This document shows, one piece after another, positions 33,091 to 43,324 of a stretch of 64,000 nt of DNA. The first letter of the stretch is position 1; each line of letters opens with the position of its first letter. Under the pieces are notes generated by a model. That model did no database searches. It saw only the letters and a list, made by a program, of their open reading frames with translations, and was not told where the DNA came from. The position numbers and the translations under genes are program-made. The stretch lies in NCBI RefSeq assembly GCF_057098645.1, contig NZ_CM169472.1, one strand, 5' to 3'.

Positions 33091-33541
33091 CAATACACTG
33101 ATTTAGCTTAATTTTTCAAACCCTCTCTGCATACAATCGTTGATGAGAAAGGGTTATTGCGGAAATTAACTTCCGAATATAAGGTGACATTATGGTAATT
33201 GAATATTGGCTCTCCAATAATGCAGGAGGAAGTGTTACAGCTAACGGAATAGCAGGCAAGGTAACAATTCGGCAATTGGCTATTTTTAAGAATTATATTA
33301 AGTGTCATTCAATATGGTTTTTAGGAGTTTCTTTAGGTTGACAATATTTAATATTGCGTCTCCACATGCGATATTTCTTAAATAATGTTTTATTATTACC
33401 ACTTTTAATTCAGGGATAATGTGAGGTTATTACCCTCAAATAATATGAGATAAATAGTGCTGCAACATTGCATTTTTGCCCCGATTTATCCATGATCGAA
33501 TTGTGACATTTGTCATACAACGAATAGGTTTTGTACTTACT

Positions 33542-35125
33542 ATGGAATGGATTGCCGATCCGTCTATCTGGGCCGGGTTAATCACGCTGATTGTGATCGA
33601 ACTGGTCCTCGGCATTGATAACCTGGTCTTTATTGCCATCCTCGCCGAAAAACTACCGCCGAAGCAGCGCGACCGCGCACGGGTTACCGGGCTGCTGCTG
33701 GCGATGTTAATGCGCCTGTTACTGCTGGCGTCAATCTCCTGGCTGGTCACCCTGACTCAACCGCTGTTCAGCTTCCGCTCGTTTACCTTTAGCGCCCGCG
33801 ACTTAATCATGCTGTTTGGTGGTTTCTTCCTGTTGTTCAAAGCCACGATGGAGCTGAACGAACGGCTGGAAGGGAAAGACAGCAATAATCCCACACAACG
33901 CAAAGGTGCGAAGTTCTGGGGCGTGGTGACGCAAATTGTGGTACTGGACGCCATTTTCTCACTCGACTCAGTGATTACCGCCGTCGGGATGGTCGACCAT
34001 TTACTGGTCATGATGGCCGCCGTGGTTATCGCTATCAGCCTGATGTTGATGGCCAGCAAGCCGTTAACGCAATTTGTTAACAGTCACCCGACGATCGTTA
34101 TTCTCTGCTTAAGCTTCCTGTTGATGATTGGCTTTAGCCTGGTGGCAGAAGGTTTCGGCTTCGTCATTCCGAAAGGCTACCTGTACGCTGCCATTGGTTT
34201 CTCGGTGATGATCGAGGCGCTCAATCAGTTGGCTATCTTTAACCGGCGACGTTTTCTTTCCGCTAACCAGACGCTGCGCCAGCGGACTACCGAAGCGGTA
34301 ATGCGCCTGCTTAGCGGGCAAAAAGAAGATGCGGAACTGGACGCCGAAACCGCGTCCATGCTGGTGGATCATGGTAACCAGCAGATCTTTAATCCGCAGG
34401 AACGGCGGATGATTGAGCGGGTACTAAATCTTAACCAGCGTACCGTCAGCAGCATTATGACGTCGCGCCACGATATTGAGCATATCGATCTCAACGCGCC
34501 GGAAGACGAGATCCGCCAGTTGCTGGAGCGAAATCAGCATACGCGGCTGGTGGTTACCGACGGTGATGACGCAGAAGATTTGCTCGGTGTTGTTCACGTT
34601 ATCGACCTGCTACAACAGTCTCTGCGCGGCGAACCGCTCAACCTGCGGGTGTTGATTCGCCAGCCGCTGGTGTTCCCGGAAACCTTGCCGTTGTTACCTG
34701 CCCTGGAGCAGTTCCGTAATGCCCGCACGCACTTTGCTTTTGTGGTGGATGAGTTTGGCTCGGTGGAAGGGATTGTGACATTAAGTGACGTCACTGAAAC
34801 CATTGCCGGTAACTTACCGAACGAAGTGGAAGAGATCGACGCCCGCCATGATATTCAGAAGAATGCGGACGGTTCCTGGACGGCGAATGGTCATATGCCG
34901 CTGGAGGATCTGGTGCAATATGTGCCGCTGCCGCTGGATGAAAAACGTGAATATCACACCATTGCCGGGCTGTTGATGGAGTATTTGCAGCGTATTCCAA
35001 AACCTGGCGAAGAAGTTCAGGTGGGGGATTATTTGCTTAAAACGTTGCAGGTAGAAAGCCATCGCGTGCAGAAGGTGCAGATTATACCGCTGCGTAAGGA
35101 TGGCGAGATGGAGTACGAGGTGTGA
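33542..35125 (+). CDS. yegH: Inner-membrane protein YegH (TerC-like membrane domain plus CBS pair plus CorC/HlyC C-terminal domain)
   Basis: 527 aa from ATG 33542; track ORF begins 22 codons upstream. Confidence 0.85.
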   Translation: MEWIADPSIWAGLITLIVIELVLGIDNLVFIAILAEKLPPKQRDRARVTGLLLAMLMRLLLLASISWLVTLTQPLFSFRSFTFSARDLIMLFGGFFLLFKATMELNERLEGKDSNNPTQRKGAKFWGVVTQIVVLDAIFSLDSVITAVGMVDHLLVMMAAVVIAISLMLMASKPLTQFVNSHPTIVILCLSFLLMIGFSLVAEGFGFVIPKGYLYAAIGFSVMIEALNQLAIFNRRRFLSANQTLRQRTTEAVMRLLSGQKEDAELDAETASMLVDHGNQQIFNPQERRMIERVLNLNQRTVSSIMTSRHDIEHIDLNAPEDEIRQLLERNQHTRLVVTDGDDAEDLLGVVHVIDLLQQSLRGEPLNLRVLIRQPLVFPETLPLLPALEQFRNARTHFAFVVDEFGSVEGIVTLSDVTETIAGNLPNEVEEIDARHDIQKNADGSWTANGHMPLEDLVQYVPLPLDEKREYHTIAGLLMEYLQRIPKPGEEVQVGDYLLKTLQVESHRVQKVQIIPLRKDGEMEYEV

Positions 35126-35360
35126 TGGTATCGGTCATTTTACCCGATGCTGCGTAACGCCTTATAACTTCAGCAATGAAGCGTTGTCTGTGGTACATGG
35201 ACATCACAGCGGGGGTGTGGGCCCGGGTTGCCAGGGTGGTGGCGATTGAGCCACCCTGGCACGTTCACCGGCTTGAGCGTTCCATAGTAACGAGGAACAT
35301 CAAGTGAACGGAACAGCCTTCGATCTTACATATTCAGAATATAATGATGCCGCCACGAAC

Positions 35361-35397
35361 GCCTGATGCGACGCTTTACGCGTCTTATCAGGCCTAC
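35361..35397. repeat. REP element in the yegH-asmA intergenic region
   Basis: gcctgatgcgacgctttacgcgtcttatcaggcctac. Confidence 0.75.
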
Positions 35398-35417
35398 AGG
35401 ACTGGTCACCTAGTAAC

Positions 35418-37271
35418 CTACATCTTCTCAAGCAACTTCTTCACATCTTTGCCATTACGGGAATCTTTATTCCGCTCGGCCCAGTCATTCAGGCGACGTT
35501 TCGCTTCGTCCTGTAGATGTTTGCGCAGTAACTGATCCACTTGCAGGCTGTAATTGAGTTGCTGCCAGTTGCCATAAACCCGCAGCGGTACTGGCGTTTC
35601 TTTCAGGAAATCAATCAGTTTGCTTTCCCCGTTCCAGCCACCCACGACCCGAATATCAAACTGGGTGTCGCAGGTTTGATCTGCCAGATTCAACATGCCT
35701 TCCCCTGTCAGCGCCAGCACAGGCGATTGACCTTGCATGTCGTTTAACGTCACGACGCCATCCTTCAACGTCAAATCGGTGGTAAAGCGGTCAAGCCGCG
35801 TCACGTTATCAAAGTTTTCAGCGGCCTTCACATCACCGCCATTACGCTCTACCGCTTGCTGAATCATCTGCTGGAAGTTCATCCCTTCCATGCGCGTGTC
35901 GGTCATTTCGACATGTGCCTGTCCTTGCCAGTTGTGGCGGAATGCGTCGGCATCTATGTCAGCACCGGAGAAATCACCAGCCAGTGACATTTTTCCGGTC
36001 AACGAAATCGGATAGTTAAACGCCTTCAGAATGGTACCAATCTCAACGTTTTCCAGCCGTGGCTGGAAGTTTATCCGCGGATTTATTGATGTCGCGTCCA
36101 GCGTGCCCGGCAGTGAAACCTGTCCACCGTTAAGCTTGCCCTGCAGTTGAGTAATTTCCAGCAAACCCGACTTGTTGGTCATTTGCGTGGCAACATCTGT
36201 AAAATTCATTCCGCGCCAGCGCACGTTACTGACCTGCAACAAAATATCAGCCGTAAAGCCTTGCAGTCCCTGATAGGCCGGTTCATCAATACGCGAAGAA
36301 ATAACCGGGCGCGGCAACGTTGATTGGCTCTGCCCCTGCTGCGCGGCACCGTTTTCACCATTCGCTGTTTCATTAAGCGGGATGAGGTTGTCAAGATTCA
36401 GTTGCGGGAATTGCAGCCTCAGCTGCCATTCCGGTTTCTCTGTCAGCGTAACCTGTGCTTGCCCGCTCAGCGTACTGTCATTGGCGGTCAAGCTGATTTG
36501 GTTAAATGAAAGGCGTTTATGTGACTCCTGCCACTGGGCCTGGAAACTCCCCTGCCCCTGAATACCTTGTTTTGGTAAATCGGCACCCTGCAACTGCCAG
36601 TTAATTTGTTCAATAGCCGCCGTTAAATCATGCGGATAATCAGAAGCATCTACCGTACCGTTAAGGGATATCGTGAGATCGCGCTGATCGCGATTAACCC
36701 GCCCGGAAAACTCAAATGAGCCACGATGTTGGGGATCTTGTTCCATTTGCAGGCGGATATTGCGGATTGTCACCTGCTCGTCATCTTCATGCTGGAACAC
36801 CAGAACGCTGTCCGCCACCTTAAGACTGGATATATCAAACGACCATCCGCGATCGTCTGACAGATCCGGCAAGGTATTGTCGCGCGGTGCAACCGGAGCG
36901 TCTTCACTGCGCACCGCTTCCGTCTGCGGCGTCAGTTGGATCACTGCCCCTTTTAGCATCACCTGCTTAACGCTCAGTTGATGACTCAGTAGTGGTAAAA
37001 GCGCCACGTCCAGACGCATGTTGTCGGCGCGAACCAGTGGCTGGCTTGCGCCCTGGGCGGTGAGAGACATTCGCCCGGAGAGGATACTAAGCTGCGGCCA
37101 GACGTGCCAACGCAGTGGCCCGTCGAGCTGCAATTGATAACCGCTACGTGCAGCAACTTGCTTGACCATATAGTCGCGGAAATCATTCGGATTCACCAGC
37201 AACACTAACGCAGATAACCCGGCCACCAGCACGACCAGGAGTATCATCAGCGTCGTCAGAAATCGTCTCAT
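35418..37271 (-). CDS. asmA: Outer-membrane assembly protein AsmA
   Basis: 617 aa; N-terminal signal/anchor (MRRFLTTLMILLVVLVAGLSALVLL); recognised as AsmA. Confidence 0.9.
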   Translation of the reverse strand: MRRFLTTLMILLVVLVAGLSALVLLVNPNDFRDYMVKQVAARSGYQLQLDGPLRWHVWPQLSILSGRMSLTAQGASQPLVRADNMRLDVALLPLLSHQLSVKQVMLKGAVIQLTPQTEAVRSEDAPVAPRDNTLPDLSDDRGWSFDISSLKVADSVLVFQHEDDEQVTIRNIRLQMEQDPQHRGSFEFSGRVNRDQRDLTISLNGTVDASDYPHDLTAAIEQINWQLQGADLPKQGIQGQGSFQAQWQESHKRLSFNQISLTANDSTLSGQAQVTLTEKPEWQLRLQFPQLNLDNLIPLNETANGENGAAQQGQSQSTLPRPVISSRIDEPAYQGLQGFTADILLQVSNVRWRGMNFTDVATQMTNKSGLLEITQLQGKLNGGQVSLPGTLDATSINPRINFQPRLENVEIGTILKAFNYPISLTGKMSLAGDFSGADIDADAFRHNWQGQAHVEMTDTRMEGMNFQQMIQQAVERNGGDVKAAENFDNVTRLDRFTTDLTLKDGVVTLNDMQGQSPVLALTGEGMLNLADQTCDTQFDIRVVGGWNGESKLIDFLKETPVPLRVYGNWQQLNYSLQVDQLLRKHLQDEAKRRLNDWAERNKDSRNGKDVKKLLEKM

Positions 37272-37292
37272 GGTATCCTCAATGGGCCTGAA

Positions 37293-37874
37293 TTAGTCTT
37301 TATCGATTCGGCTGGCTACCGCGCCCTGCTGGTTGCGATATTTCGCATCTTCACGGCGGTTGTAAGGTCGCGCCGCCGGGCCGGAAAGCGGCTCAAAGCT
37401 CAGCGCACCAATTAACATGCCCGGACGCAGCGCCAGCGGCAGCTTACCGGAGTTGTAGAACTCCAGCACAATGCAACCAGACCAGCCCGGATCGATGCGG
37501 TGCGCGGTGACGTGCACCATCAGCCCCAGACGCGCCAGTGAGGAACGCCCGTCCAGCCAGCCCACCAGATCGGCTGGCAGCGTCACCGACTCCAGCGTCA
37601 CCGCCAGCGCCAGCTCTCCTGGGTGAAGATAGAACGCCTCGCCCTCGTCGAGAACGATCTCATCGCTCATCACGCGGTCAAGCGCGGCGCTCACTTCATC
37701 TTTGGGACCGCTCAGATCGATAAACGCTGCCGTGTGACCACGGAAGGTACGAAATTTATTGCCCAGGCGTACATCCACCGTCGCGCCGTTAATACGCTCC
37801 ACTGGCGGACGTGGGTTGATCGACAAACGGCCTTCATCAAGCCAGGCTTCAATATCTCGGTCACACAGACGCAT
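37293..37874 (-). CDS. dcd: dCTP deaminase
   Basis: 193 aa; [23 protein letters not shown] recognised as Dcd. Confidence 0.93.
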
Positions 37875-37965
37875 GGCATTTTCTCCTTTCGCGCATCACT
37901 CCCTTAACGCCAATTACGTCAAGGGCATACCAGGTTATCACTGAACGGTACACAATTTATCAAGC

Positions 37966-38607
37966 TTATTCAAAGAACTGACTTATTTTCGCTTTCAATA
38001 TATCGATCGCGATGCGGTTTTTCCCGCCGCGCGGCACGATAATGTCCGCATATTGTTTAGAAGGCTCAATGAATTGCAGGAACATCGGGCGCACGGTTTT
38101 TTGATATTGCGCCATCACTGAATCCATTGAACGCCCACGCTCGTTAACGTCACGCTTGATGCGGCGCATCAGGCAGATATCCAGCGGGGTATCAACGAAA
38201 ATGGAGAAGTTAAGTTCGTCACGCAAACGCGCATCCGTCAGCAACAAAATGCCTTCGAGAATGATGACCTTCTTCGGCTCAACCGTCACCGTTTCTTTCA
38301 TACGCGTATGTTCAACATAGCTGTAAACCGGCAGGTCAATTGCCGAGCCGCGTTTCAACGCTTGTAAATGCTCAAGCAGCAGACTGTGATCCATCGCGCT
38401 GGGATGGTCGTAGTTGGTCTTAACGCGTTCTTCCATCGACAGATGGCTTTGATCTTTGTAATAGCAGTCTTCGGGAATTACGCCGATGTGTTCATCACCG
38501 ACTTGCTCACGCAATTCACGATAAAGGGTACTGGCAATAAGACTCTTGCCGGAAGCCGATGCGCCAGCGATACCGATAATGACGCACTGATGAGACTGAT
38601 CAGTCAT
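37966..38607 (-). CDS. udk: Uridine/cytidine kinase
   Basis: 213 aa from ATG 38605-38607; P-loop [11 protein letters not shown]; track ORF extends 21 codons upstream. Confidence 0.93.
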
Positions 38608-38924
38608 ATATTTAGCGACCTGATTAACCTGGATGTTAGGAAGGGGGCGACGAAGCGCCAAACGCGGCAATTATAGGGATTTCATCCGTCTGATACCAGT
38701 CGAATAGCGTTGCCGCGCGCTCAGAGTTAATTGTTGACAAAGAATTCCCGGGGGCAAATTACGTTGATCAGTTTTATGTAAGGTAAAAAATGTTATACGC
38801 AGTTGCGCAAATTATCCGCCTTTACGTCACTTTATGAGCAATTCGCATATAAAATGTAAAACTTTTGTACTAGCATAAACACAGAAACGAATACTGGCGA
38901 CCAGGTCTTGCGGATAAAGCGGTA

Positions 38925-41900
38925 ATGAGCAAACAATCACAGCATGTATTAATTGCCCTGCCCCACCCGCTGCTTCACCTGGTCAGTTTAGGTTTAGTCT
39001 CGTTTATCTTTACCCTTTTCTCGCTTGAGCTTTCGCAGTTTGGCACCCAACTCGCCCCACTGTGGTTCCCGACGTCCATCATGATGGTGGCGTTTTATCG
39101 CCATGCCGGGCGCATGTGGCCGGGAATTGCGCTGAGCTGTTCGCTGGGAAATATCGCCGCATCCATCCTGCTTTTTTCCACCAGCTCGCTGAACATGACC
39201 TGGACGACCATCAATATTGTTGAAGCCGTGGTCGGGGCAGTGCTGCTACGTAAATTGCTGCCGTGGTATAACCCCTTGCAAAATCTGGCTGACTGGCTGC
39301 GTCTGGCACTCGGCAGCGCCATTGTTCCGCCTCTGTTGGGGGGTGTTCTGGTTGTCCTGCTGACGCCCGGAGACGATCCTCTCAGGGCATTTTTGATATG
39401 GGTACTGTCAGAATCCATCGGCGCTCTGGCACTGGTGCCGCTGGGATTGTTATTTAAACCACACTATCTGCTGCGCCATCGCAACCCACGGTTGCTTTTT
39501 GAGTCGCTGCTCACGTTAGCCATCACACTGACGTTAAGCTGGCTTTCGATGCTGTATCTGCCGTGGCCTTTTACTTTCATTATTGTGCTGTTGATGTGGA
39601 GCGCCGTGCGTCTGCCACGAATGGAAGCCTTTTTGATCTTCCTTACCACGGTGATGATGGTGTCGCTGATGATGGCCGCGGATCCCTCCCTGCTTGCTAC
39701 GCCGCGTACGTACCTGATGAGCCATATGCCGTGGCTACCGTTTTTGCTGATCCTGCTGCCCGCCAACATCATGACCATGGTGATGTATGCCTTTCGTGCG
39801 GAACGCAAACACATTTCCGAAAGCGAAACCCACTTTCGGAACGCGATGGAATATTCCGCTATCGGTATGGCGTTAGTGGGCACCGAGGGACAATGGCTGC
39901 AAACCAACAAAGCGCTCTGCCAGTTTCTCGGGTACAGTCAGGAAGAGCTGCGCGGACTCACCTTTCAGCAACTGACCTGGCCGGAGGATCTCAATAAAGA
40001 TCTCCAACAGGTTGAAAAGCTGATAAGCGGTGAAATAAACACCTATTCAATGGAAAAACGCTACTACAACCGCAATGGCGATGTTGTCTGGGCGTTGCTT
40101 GCCGTCTCACTGGTGCGCCACACGGATGGCACGCCGCTCTATTTTATCGCTCAGATTGAAGACATTAACGAGCTAAAACGCACCGAACAGGTCAATCAGC
40201 AACTGATGGAGCGCATCACGCTGGCTAACGAAGCGGGCGGGATTGGCATCTGGGAGTGGGAGTTGAAGCCGAATATTTTTAGCTGGGATAAGCGGATGTT
40301 CGAGCTGTATGAAATTCCTCCGCATATCAAACCGAACTGGCAGGTGTGGTACGAGTGTGTATTGCCGGAAGATCGCCAACACGCCGAAAAAGTGATTCGT
40401 GATTCGTTGCAATCACGCTCGCCCTTTAAGCTGGAATTTCGCATTGCCGTGAAAGATGGCATCCGCCATATCCGCGCCCTCGCCAACCGGGTACTGAATA
40501 AAGAAGGCGAAGTCGAACGCCTGCTCGGCATTAATATGGATATGACTGAGGTTAAACAGCTTAACGAGGCATTGTTTCAGGAAAAAGAGCGCCTGCACAT
40601 TACGCTTGATTCCATCGGTGAAGCCGTGGTCTGTATTGATATGGCGATGAAAATTACCTTTATGAATCCAGTGGCGGAGAAGATGAGCGGCTGGACGCAG
40701 GAAGAAGCGTTAGGTGTTCCGCTCCTGACGGTGTTGCATATTACTTTTGGCGACAACGGACCATTAATGGAGAACATTTACAGTGCCGACACCTCACGTT
40801 CCGCGATCGAGCAAGATGTGGTGTTGCACTGTCGGAGCGGCGGCAGTTACGACGTGCATTACTGTATTACGCCGTTAAGTACTCTGGACGGCAGCAATAT
40901 TGGTTCGGTTCTGGTGATTCAGGACGTTACCGAATCACGCAAAATGCTGCGCCAGCTGAGCTACAGCGCCTCCCATGATGCACTGACGCATCTCGCCAAC
41001 CGCGCCAGTTTTGAGAAACAACTGCGTATCCTGCTGCAAACGGTAAACAGTACACATCAGCGACATGCCCTGGTGTTTATCGATCTTGATCGCTTTAAAG
41101 CGGTGAATGACAGCGCCGGGCATGCGGCGGGTGACGCTTTGCTGCGCGAACTGGCGTCGTTAATGCTGAGTATGCTGCGTTCCAGCGACGTGCTGGCGCG
41201 ACTCGGTGGGGATGAATTTGGTCTGCTGCTACCAGACTGTAATGTTGAAAGCGCGCGTTTTATCGCTACACGCATTATCAGTGCCGTGAATGACTATCAC
41301 TTTATATGGGAAGGCCGTGTGCATCGGGTAGGTGCCAGTGCCGGGATTACCTTGATTGATGACAACAATCATCAGGCGGCAGAAGTGATGTCGCAGGCTG
41401 ATATCGCCTGTTATGCCTCCAAAAATGGTGGCCGGGGCCGGGTGACGGTTTACGAACCGCAGCAAGCTGCCGCACATAGCGAACGGGCGGCGATGTCGCT
41501 TGATGAACAGTGGCGGATGATTAAAGAGAATCAGTTGATGATGCTCGCCCACGGTGTCGCTTCGCCACGGATCCCGGAAGCGCGTAATTTGTGGCTGATT
41601 TCACTTAAGCTCTGGAGTTGCGAAGGCGAGATTATTGATGAACAAACATTTCGTCGTAGCTTCAGCGATCCGGCGCTTAGCCATGCTCTTGACCGCCGGG
41701 TATTCCACGAATTTTTCCAGCAGGCCGCAAAAGCGGTTGCCAGTAAAGGCATAAGCATCTCCCTCCCCCTTTCCGTTGCCGGTTTGAGTAGCGCCACGCT
41801 GGTGAATGATCTGCTTGAGCAGCTGGAAAATAGCCCTCTACCACCACGGTTATTACATCTGATTATTCCGGCTGAAGCGATTTTAGATCACGCAGAAAGC

Positions 41901-42242
41901 GTGCAAAAACTGCGGCTGGCGGGATGTCGGATAGTGCTCAGCCAGGTGGGCCGCGATCTGCAAATCTTCAACTCGCTGAAAGCGAATATGGCAGATTACC
42001 TGCTACTTGATGGTGAGTTATGCGCCAACGTGCAGGGTAATTTGATGGATGAGATGCTGATTACGATTATTCAGGGGCACGCTCAGCGACTCGGGATGAA
42101 AACCATCGCCGGGCCAGTCGTTTTACCCTTAGTGATGGATACGCTTTCTGGCATCGGCGTCGATCTGATTTATGGTGAGGTGATTGCCGATGCCCAACCG
42201 CTGGATTTGCTGGTGAATAGCAGTTATTTCGCGATTAACTGA
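38925..42242 (+). CDS. dgcE: Diguanylate cyclase DgcE (YegE): MASE1 membrane domain, PAS repeats, GGDEF, degenerate EAL
   Basis: 1105 aa; hydrophobic N-terminal third; GGDEF motif RLGGDEFGLLL present; C-terminal EAL-like region. Confidence 0.9.
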   Translation: MSKQSQHVLIALPHPLLHLVSLGLVSFIFTLFSLELSQFGTQLAPLWFPTSIMMVAFYRHAGRMWPGIALSCSLGNIAASILLFSTSSLNMTWTTINIVEAVVGAVLLRKLLPWYNPLQNLADWLRLALGSAIVPPLLGGVLVVLLTPGDDPLRAFLIWVLSESIGALALVPLGLLFKPHYLLRHRNPRLLFESLLTLAITLTLSWLSMLYLPWPFTFIIVLLMWSAVRLPRMEAFLIFLTTVMMVSLMMAADPSLLATPRTYLMSHMPWLPFLLILLPANIMTMVMYAFRAERKHISESETHFRNAMEYSAIGMALVGTEGQWLQTNKALCQFLGYSQEELRGLTFQQLTWPEDLNKDLQQVEKLISGEINTYSMEKRYYNRNGDVVWALLAVSLVRHTDGTPLYFIAQIEDINELKRTEQVNQQLMERITLANEAGGIGIWEWELKPNIFSWDKRMFELYEIPPHIKPNWQVWYECVLPEDRQHAEKVIRDSLQSRSPFKLEFRIAVKDGIRHIRALANRVLNKEGEVERLLGINMDMTEVKQLNEALFQEKERLHITLDSIGEAVVCIDMAMKITFMNPVAEKMSGWTQEEALGVPLLTVLHITFGDNGPLMENIYSADTSRSAIEQDVVLHCRSGGSYDVHYCITPLSTLDGSNIGSVLVIQDVTESRKMLRQLSYSASHDALTHLANRASFEKQLRILLQTVNSTHQRHALVFIDLDRFKAVNDSAGHAAGDALLRELASLMLSMLRSSDVLARLGGDEFGLLLPDCNVESARFIATRIISAVNDYHFIWEGRVHRVGASAGITLIDDNNHQAAEVMSQADIACYASKNGGRGRVTVYEPQQAAAHSERAAMSLDEQWRMIKENQLMMLAHGVASPRIPEARNLWLISLKLWSCEGEIIDEQTFRRSFSDPALSHALDRRVFHEFFQQAAKAVASKGISISLPLSVAGLSSATLVNDLLEQLENSPLPPRLLHLIIPAEAILDHAESVQKLRLAGCRIVLSQVGRDLQIFNSLKANMADYLLLDGELCANVQGNLMDEMLITIIQGHAQRLGMKTIAGPVVLPLVMDTLSGIGVDLIYGEVIADAQPLDLLVNSSYFAIN

Positions 42243-42259
42243 GGGAGCGTTTGCCCATT

Positions 42260-42295
42260 GCCTGATGCGACGCTAACGCGTCTTATCAGGCCTAC
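42260..42295. repeat. REP element between dgcE and alkA
   Basis: gcctgatgcgacgctaacgcgtcttatcaggcctac. Confidence 0.75.
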
Positions 42296-42342
42296 AAATC
42301 GCTCATTCCGCAAGGCGCTCGCACCGCTTCCGGCGACCAACG

Positions 42343-43191
42343 TCATGCTTCGTCTGGCTGCCAGCCTTCCGTATACCAGATATGCAACAGCGCATAAGAA
42401 CGCCAGGGCTTCCAGCGCTCGGCATAACGGCGGATTTGCGCCGGTGTCATTCCCGGAAATCGCTGTTTAATCAGATAATCATCCGGCAGGAAAACATCTT
42501 TCGCCTGCCAGCCACGCAAAGCAAAATAATTCGCCGTCCAGCTCCCGATACCCGGAAAAGTTTGCAGCGTTTTCATCGCCTGCTCCACATCGCCCGGTAT
42601 TGTCATTGGTAAGGTGCCCTCCAGCGCCGCATTTGCCAGATGAATCAGCGCCTCTGCCCGTTTCAACGGCATACCTAACGCTTTTAATGCCTGCGGGTCT
42701 GCTGCTGCCAGCCGCTGAGGCGTGGGGAAGCAGATATACTCCGGAAAATCATCCAGCCGTTCGCCATAAAGCTGTGCCACTCTGGCGGTCAATTTTGCCG
42801 CCATCGCCACGCTCACCAGTTGGCCTAAAATCGCCCGCACGCCCTGCTCAAAAGCATCAACACTGCCGGGTAAACGCAATCCGGGCCGCGCCGCGCCTAA
42901 CTTGCCCAACGCACCGTTAACAATCTGCGGGTTACATTGCAGATCAAGCAGGCGGCTCATTTTCGCCAGACACTCAGCGGCAACGGGTTCTAAACCTACA
43001 CTTAAATTTATGTGCAGAGTATGGCGGGCTATATCCGGAACAGCAGTCACCACGCCGCGATATTCGCCCACCGCCAGACTACGGGCATAATAACTGTCCG
43101 CGACCGTTTCCACACCGCTCACCGCACGGGCGGCGAGAAATCCCAACATCCACGACCAGTCATACGGCGGCTGCCAGTTCAGGGTATACAT
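42343..43191 (-). CDS. alkA: DNA-3-methyladenine glycosylase II
   Basis: 282 aa; MYTLNWQPPYDWSWMLGFLAARAV recognised as AlkA; HhH-GPD region. Confidence 0.92.
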   Translation of the reverse strand: MYTLNWQPPYDWSWMLGFLAARAVSGVETVADSYYARSLAVGEYRGVVTAVPDIARHTLHINLSVGLEPVAAECLAKMSRLLDLQCNPQIVNGALGKLGAARPGLRLPGSVDAFEQGVRAILGQLVSVAMAAKLTARVAQLYGERLDDFPEYICFPTPQRLAAADPQALKALGMPLKRAEALIHLANAALEGTLPMTIPGDVEQAMKTLQTFPGIGSWTANYFALRGWQAKDVFLPDDYLIKQRFPGMTPAQIRRYAERWKPWRSYALLHIWYTEGWQPDEA

Positions 43192-43240
43192 CGCATCTCC
43201 TTATTCATCCGCTTTCAGCATAAACGTTATTCAGACGCTA

Positions 43241-43258
43241 CGCTTTGCTTTCATATTC
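43241..43258 (-). promoter_or_regulatory. Candidate Ada box (AAT-N6-GCAA) in the alkA promoter
   Basis: Minus strand reads aatatgaaagcaaagcg 50-65 bp upstream of the alkA ATG; matches the Ada box A/B spacing (AATnnnnnnGCAA). Confidence 0.55.
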
Positions 43259-43324
43259 CGGTTGTCGCGACGGCAACATTTCGCTAAAGTCACGCCCCTT
43301 CTTCACCGGCATGGGGATTAATTC

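Noticed and set aside
35231-35259. Perfect 9-bp inverted repeat (ccagggtgg ... ccaccctgg) downstream of yegH, considered as a rho-independent terminator
   Set aside because: No T-rich tract follows the stem, so intrinsic-terminator assignment is not supported; it may be a protein-binding palindrome or chance, so it is left unannotated.
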